A program made the position numbers and the translations under genes. Below the pieces are notes generated by a model. The model had not been told where the DNA came from and did no database searches. It saw only the letters and a program-made list of their open reading frames with translations. This document shows positions 58,713 through 63,135 of a stretch of 63,135 nucleotides of DNA, one piece after another. How positions within the stretch are numbered: the stretch's first letter is position 1; the number at the start of each line of letters is the position of its first letter. The stretch lies in the sequence record SRR20825010_80; one strand, written 5' to 3'.

Positions 58713-60896
58713 TCACGTTAGTTTTTTTACGTCTGCGAACAATATTTTTAAATGATCGTCTGTCAAATCCATTAATGGTTCATACATAAATGAGTTTATG
58801 TGAATGTTTTCTGCTGTCATTAAATTAACTCTGTCTAAAACCCCTATGTTATCAGTCTCTGTCGGAAATTCCATTCTGTATTTTTCGACAATACTACCTG
58901 TTTGCTTTTTTAGTATATGATTATGAAAGTTAGGGTCAACAATTTTTGAAATCATAAACCTTTCAGCTTTAAGTCTTATTGCAATTGAAATGCATATTTT
59001 AAACTTTATGTCCAGAGGATTTCCATCTGCGAGATTGTAGATTTCTTCTGCCTTGCTATTGATTAAGTCGAAAACAATAATTGCTGAATTTACTTTTGTC
59101 TTTGTTTGCTGAAAAGTTGAATTGAAAATATCTAAAACGGACTGAACTGTTATTTCTTCGGTCTTAGCAATTCCATTAACGGCTCTCTCTGGCTTCATAT
59201 GAAGTAATGAAGTCAAAAGAAGATAACTGTCGTTATCGTCTCCAATTGTGAAATCAATTAAGTTTCTGACAAATGGAATACAAGCAATAAATGTAAAATC
59301 GCAATTATCATAATTGCTTCTTAGAATTGGAAAGACATCCTTTTTTTCCCCTATTGTGAGTTCTATTTCTCCCGAATTTCTCGTTGTTGTCCAATTCCCT
59401 TGGTAGTTAATTTTTGCTCCCAATCTGCTTTTGATAGTCTTGTAAAAATCGAAATTGTGAGTTAAGACAATCATAAAGAAATGAGGGTCGTCTAAAACAT
59501 CCTTTAAATATTCGATTATTGCATATTTGTTTTTGTAGTCAAATGAGTCTGCGATATCGTCAACAATTACAAGCTGGTTTTTCTTAAGTTTCTTTCTCGT
59601 CTCAATTTGAAAAATAATATTTAAAAGATAGAAAACTCTTTGTTCTCCTGTGCTTAAAGATTGTTGTAATTCTGCTCCTCCTAACAATTTTGTATCATCA
59701 GGTCCTGTGCCGTCTGTGTACTTAAATAATAATGAGGCAGGTTCGCTATTTAAAATTACATCTTCTTGATTTTTAATATGTACTTCAAAAGGAACAGTAA
59801 ATCTTCGTTTAAAAATATCGATTACTTTTTTCCAATCATCTTGCTCCTGTTTTGCTTCCTGTACAATTTTTTCTCTTTGCTCTGAAGTATCTTTATGAAG
59901 TTTTGAAAGAACATTAAACTCGCTTTTAAATTTTGTCAAATAGTTTATTATGAGCTTCTTTTTGAAGTTTATTAAATCTGCAAACTCCTTAATGATTTCC
60001 TGATTTTCTTCAATGTAACTTCTAAACTTTCTTAGTTCTGCATTACTATTAAGTGATTTGTCAATTTCATTAAATTTGCTTGCCAAAGCAGGGTCTTTAA
60101 GAACTTTTTCTTTTTCGTTGAAAATTAGTTCCTCCAATTCTTTGGCATTTGTAATTTCTTGTTCTTTAATTTTTACTCTGTGATTAGCAGAAAAGAAGTT
60201 ATTGTCTTTGAGTGATTTTGTAACGGTATCTGCATTATAGTGATTAAATGTTCCCTTCATAAAAAGAGAGTTATTTTCATTTACAAGCGTGTCATAGACT
60301 TCTATGTATTCTCTTATTTTTGATTTAAAATCCCTGCTTTCGAGAAACTTTACGGATTTGTCATTGAAAACTTCTGAATACTGAATATTTGAATATATCG
60401 GTTCTTTTATCTCGTTTATTTCTGTGTGGTAAGTTTCAAACGTTTTAAATAAATCTTGTTTGAATACTGACTCAATTTCACTTTCTACTTGGTTACTCCT
60501 AATGCCAAATGACGGTTGAATTTGTTTTAGAAACTCAATTTTTGATTCGTTCAGTTTGGAATTTATTGTATCATAGTCAGCTTTAAGCTTTTGATTTGCA
60601 AGAATTGTTGAAGCTTCTTTGAACTCTGCTGATTTCATTCTTTGAATGACAAAAATTTCGTCTTGTTCAATATCAACCCCATCAACTTTTACTTGTCTGT
60701 GATTTACTCTGTGCGAAAAGATTCTGTCTTTTGAAACCTTCCCTTCTGCAATATCTTCCATTGTCAAAGCAAGTGAGGATTTCATTACTCCATTTGGTGC
60801 ATAAATAAGCTGTGTTTTTGATTCGCCAAAATTGAATTTATGTTTGAACCGTCTTATTCCGTAACAGTTTTCTAAGTGGATTTCTAATTCTATCAT
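58713..60896 (-). CDS. ABC/SMC-like ATPase (AAA_13/RloC-like architecture) with long coiled coil
   Basis: Variant Walker A YAPNGVMKSS, signature LSTGEQR, Walker B IVDDIADSFD, H-loop LTHNFDF. Confidence 0.8.
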   Translation of the reverse strand: MIELEIHLENCYGIRRFKHKFNFGESKTQLIYAPNGVMKSSLALTMEDIAEGKVSKDRIFSHRVNHRQVKVDGVDIEQDEIFVIQRMKSAEFKEASTILANQKLKADYDTINSKLNESKIEFLKQIQPSFGIRSNQVESEIESVFKQDLFKTFETYHTEINEIKEPIYSNIQYSEVFNDKSVKFLESRDFKSKIREYIEVYDTLVNENNSLFMKGTFNHYNADTVTKSLKDNNFFSANHRVKIKEQEITNAKELEELIFNEKEKVLKDPALASKFNEIDKSLNSNAELRKFRSYIEENQEIIKEFADLINFKKKLIINYLTKFKSEFNVLSKLHKDTSEQREKIVQEAKQEQDDWKKVIDIFKRRFTVPFEVHIKNQEDVILNSEPASLLFKYTDGTGPDDTKLLGGAELQQSLSTGEQRVFYLLNIIFQIETRKKLKKNQLVIVDDIADSFDYKNKYAIIEYLKDVLDDPHFFMIVLTHNFDFYKTIKSRLGAKINYQGNWTTTRNSGEIELTIGEKKDVFPILRSNYDNCDFTFIACIPFVRNLIDFTIGDDNDSYLLLTSLLHMKPERAVNGIAKTEEITVQSVLDIFNSTFQQTKTKVNSAIIVFDLINSKAEEIYNLADGNPLDIKFKICISIAIRLKAERFMISKIVDPNFHNHILKKQTGSIVEKYRMEFPTETDNIGVLDRVNLMTAENIHINSFMYEPLMDLTDDHLKILFADVKKLT

Positions 60897-60931
60897 TTAT
60901 TTCAATTGTGTCGGTTATTGTTTTTCAGCTT

Positions 60932-61031
60932 GCCCATAACATTATGTATCAGTCACTTTTTATGCCTTATACCCATAAATATATTCATTTTTATGACTGA
61001 ACTACCTAGTATATCATTTATATCAGTCACT
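60932..61031 (-). mobile_element. attI-like array head site
   Basis: Minus strand TGATAC-ATAAT-GTTATGGGC without a long hairpin; 11-bp direct repeat TATCAGTCACT at 60947 and 61021. Confidence 0.55.
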
Positions 61032-61169
61032 GCTAAGGAATAGGAGCTTGGTTTTGAGGTAACTTTCTACATTTTGCTTTTCTTTTTATTTTGATTCCTT
61101 TGTATCAAGAATACAGCAATCTTTGGAAGAGAGTATTAATACAACAACATCCATCTTTTAGTCGAAAAC

Positions 61170-62972
61170 ATGAAACTAAGAAACCTAACCATAGCCTTAC
61201 TGAGCTTCTTGGCCATCAGCCTACAAGCCCAAACCTACAACGAATACGAACTTTCGTTTGATAATGCAGTGCACCACGAAGCCAATATTAAAATCAAGTT
61301 CAGCAACTTAGAAAACAAAGTATTGGAAGTGCGCATGAGCCGCAGTTCACCCGGCCGTTATGCGGTGCATGAGTTTGCCAAAAACGTGTACAACGTTAAG
61401 GCCACGGACAGTAACGGAAAGGCCCTACCTATTACCAGAGAAAACCCTTATCAGTGGAATGTCGCTGGACATAACGGCACAGTCAACTTTGAATATACGC
61501 TTTATGCCAACCGTGCTGGCGGTACTTATTCTGGTATTGACGAAAGCCACGCCCACCTCAACATGCCCGCTACTTTGGCTTGGGCCAGAGGTTTAGACCA
61601 ACGGCCGATAAAAGTAAAGTTCAATGTAAGGGAAGACAGAAACTGGAAAGTAGCTACTCAACTTAAAGATTTGGGCAATAATACATTCTACGCGCCAAAC
61701 ACTTATTACTTAATGGACAGCCCAACTGAAATTGCTGATTTGTATTTCAGAGAAAGAAATGTAGATGGACAAACCATTCGTTTGGCCTTGCATAAAGACG
61801 GCACTACCGATGCAGAAGTGGATGCTTATTTCGAAGAAACCATGGGCATTGTTATGCAGCAAAAAGCGGTTTTTGGCGAATTGGCTACTTACGATTTTGG
61901 CCAGTACACTTTCCTTTCTTGCTATATGCCCAACGCCAGTGGCGATGGTATGGAGCACCGAAACTCAACTTATGTGGTGAGCGGATTGCCAGTCGAAAGA
62001 CCATTGGCCTCCACCTCAATGGGCACCATGTCGCATGAATTTTTCCATAGCTGGAATGTGGAGCGCATTCGCCCTAAATCGTTAGAACCTTTCAGTTTTG
62101 AAGACGCCAACATGTCGGGTGAATTGTGGTTTGCCGAAGGATTTACAAGTTATTACACCGCCTTAATGCAGGCGCGTTCTGGAAGCATTTCAGCCGAACA
62201 ATATATAAATGGTTTGGGCGGAAGTGTAGGTTATGTGGTTAATGCCCCAGGCAGAAATTTCCATAACCCCATTGAAATGAGCTATCAAGCACCATTTGTT
62301 GATGCTGCCACTTCCATTGACCCCACCAACTTGAGCAATATTTTCATTTCTTACTACACTTATGGTTCGGTGTTGGGCTTGGCGCTAGATATGTCTTTAC
62401 GCACTATGGACAATGATAAAAACTTAGATGATTACATGAAATACGTTTGGCAGAAGCACGGCAAAACGGAAATTCCTTACACCGTTCGCGACTTACAGGC
62501 CCGAATGGCTGAATATGCCGGAGAAAGCTTCGCTAATGAGTTTTTCGGAAAATACATTTTGGACAGTCAAATGCCAGATTACGCCAGTTTGTTCAAGAAA
62601 ATGGGCGTAACCTACACTAATCGAGCGGAAGGCCGTGCAAGCATAGGCGGCAACATTCGCAACCAAAGAGGAGGCTGGCAACTGACAGGCAACGCTACAG
62701 TAGGGTCGCCAATTTATAAAGCGGGTGTAGAATCTGAAGATGTGATTTTGAGCATTGCAGGTACTACTTTAACTGATGACTCTAACATCAACGAAATTAT
62801 TGCAGCACATAAACCGGGCGATACTATTGAGATTAAGTACCGCAAAATTTGGGGCGAAGAAAAAACTTCGAAGCTTACCTTGGAAGAAGCTCAAGCATGG
62901 TCAACCGCTATGGACGCCAATGCGGATGCCAAGGCAAAAGCCAGAAGAGAGGCTTGGTTGAGGAAGAGGTAG
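61170..62972 (+). CDS. M61 glycyl aminopeptidase with PDZ domain
   Basis: Signal peptide, SPGRY, GMEHRNS, SHEFFHSWNVERIRP, LWFAEGFTSYY, C-terminal PDZ. Confidence 0.93.
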   Translation: MKLRNLTIALLSFLAISLQAQTYNEYELSFDNAVHHEANIKIKFSNLENKVLEVRMSRSSPGRYAVHEFAKNVYNVKATDSNGKALPITRENPYQWNVAGHNGTVNFEYTLYANRAGGTYSGIDESHAHLNMPATLAWARGLDQRPIKVKFNVREDRNWKVATQLKDLGNNTFYAPNTYYLMDSPTEIADLYFRERNVDGQTIRLALHKDGTTDAEVDAYFEETMGIVMQQKAVFGELATYDFGQYTFLSCYMPNASGDGMEHRNSTYVVSGLPVERPLASTSMGTMSHEFFHSWNVERIRPKSLEPFSFEDANMSGELWFAEGFTSYYTALMQARSGSISAEQYINGLGGSVGYVVNAPGRNFHNPIEMSYQAPFVDAATSIDPTNLSNIFISYYTYGSVLGLALDMSLRTMDNDKNLDDYMKYVWQKHGKTEIPYTVRDLQARMAEYAGESFANEFFGKYILDSQMPDYASLFKKMGVTYTNRAEGRASIGGNIRNQRGGWQLTGNATVGSPIYKAGVESEDVILSIAGTTLTDDSNINEIIAAHKPGDTIEIKYRKIWGEEKTSKLTLEEAQAWSTAMDANADAKAKARREAWLRKR

Positions 62973-63135
62973 TTATTGGTTAAGGGGGGGGGTGGTTAGG
63001 ACGCTGTTTGTGCTTAAATTATTGGTAAGTAGTTAAATTATCATTGGTTTTCTTCTATAAATAAGCTCCTAATGAAAAACTACCCTCGGTAACAATTATA
63101 TGCACACTGCTTTTCATCCTGATTTCTATGACAAT

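Noticed and set aside
62984-62992. G9 homopolymer as a phase-variation tract
   Set aside because: Lies just downstream of a stop codon, with no visible promoter or CDS to switch.

Overview
AT-rich Bacteroidota chromosome segment (TAnnTTTG promoters; gene content suggests a Cytophagales, Roseivirga-like organism, which is inference). Most of the window is ordinary backbone: plsC-gatC, ilvE, a TonB-dependent receptor, a PhoR/PhoB-like pair, recA, queA, ispD, ettA, lipA, rpsT, radC, pheT-zapA-rny, prc, ABC components and peptidases, plus a 3-keto-glycoside utilisation gene set. No rRNA, tRNA, CRISPR, transposase or integrase was seen. The accessory DNA holds the interesting structure. (1) At 56.4-61.0 kb, three co-oriented defence-like genes (ABC/SMC-type ATPase, TM-wHTH-LOTUS protein, PD-(D/E)XK-like nuclease) are each followed by an attC-like imperfect palindrome (AAC-3 nt-arm...arm-5 nt-GTT). 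The array is headed by a repeat-rich attI-like site, and the two ends of the first cassette are complementary over 9 bp. This looks like an integron-like cassette array with no integrase in the window. (2) Two single-gene islets of about 1.5 kb (KAP NTPase; class II Fic) each sit convergently behind a host gene and are closed by a diverged copy of that gene's 3' end; in the KAP case all differences are synonymous. (3) Candidate peptide systems: a secreted 6-Cys peptide with a beta-propeller-type lipoprotein, and a small orphan protein coupled to a TPR histidine kinase and NarL-type regulator.
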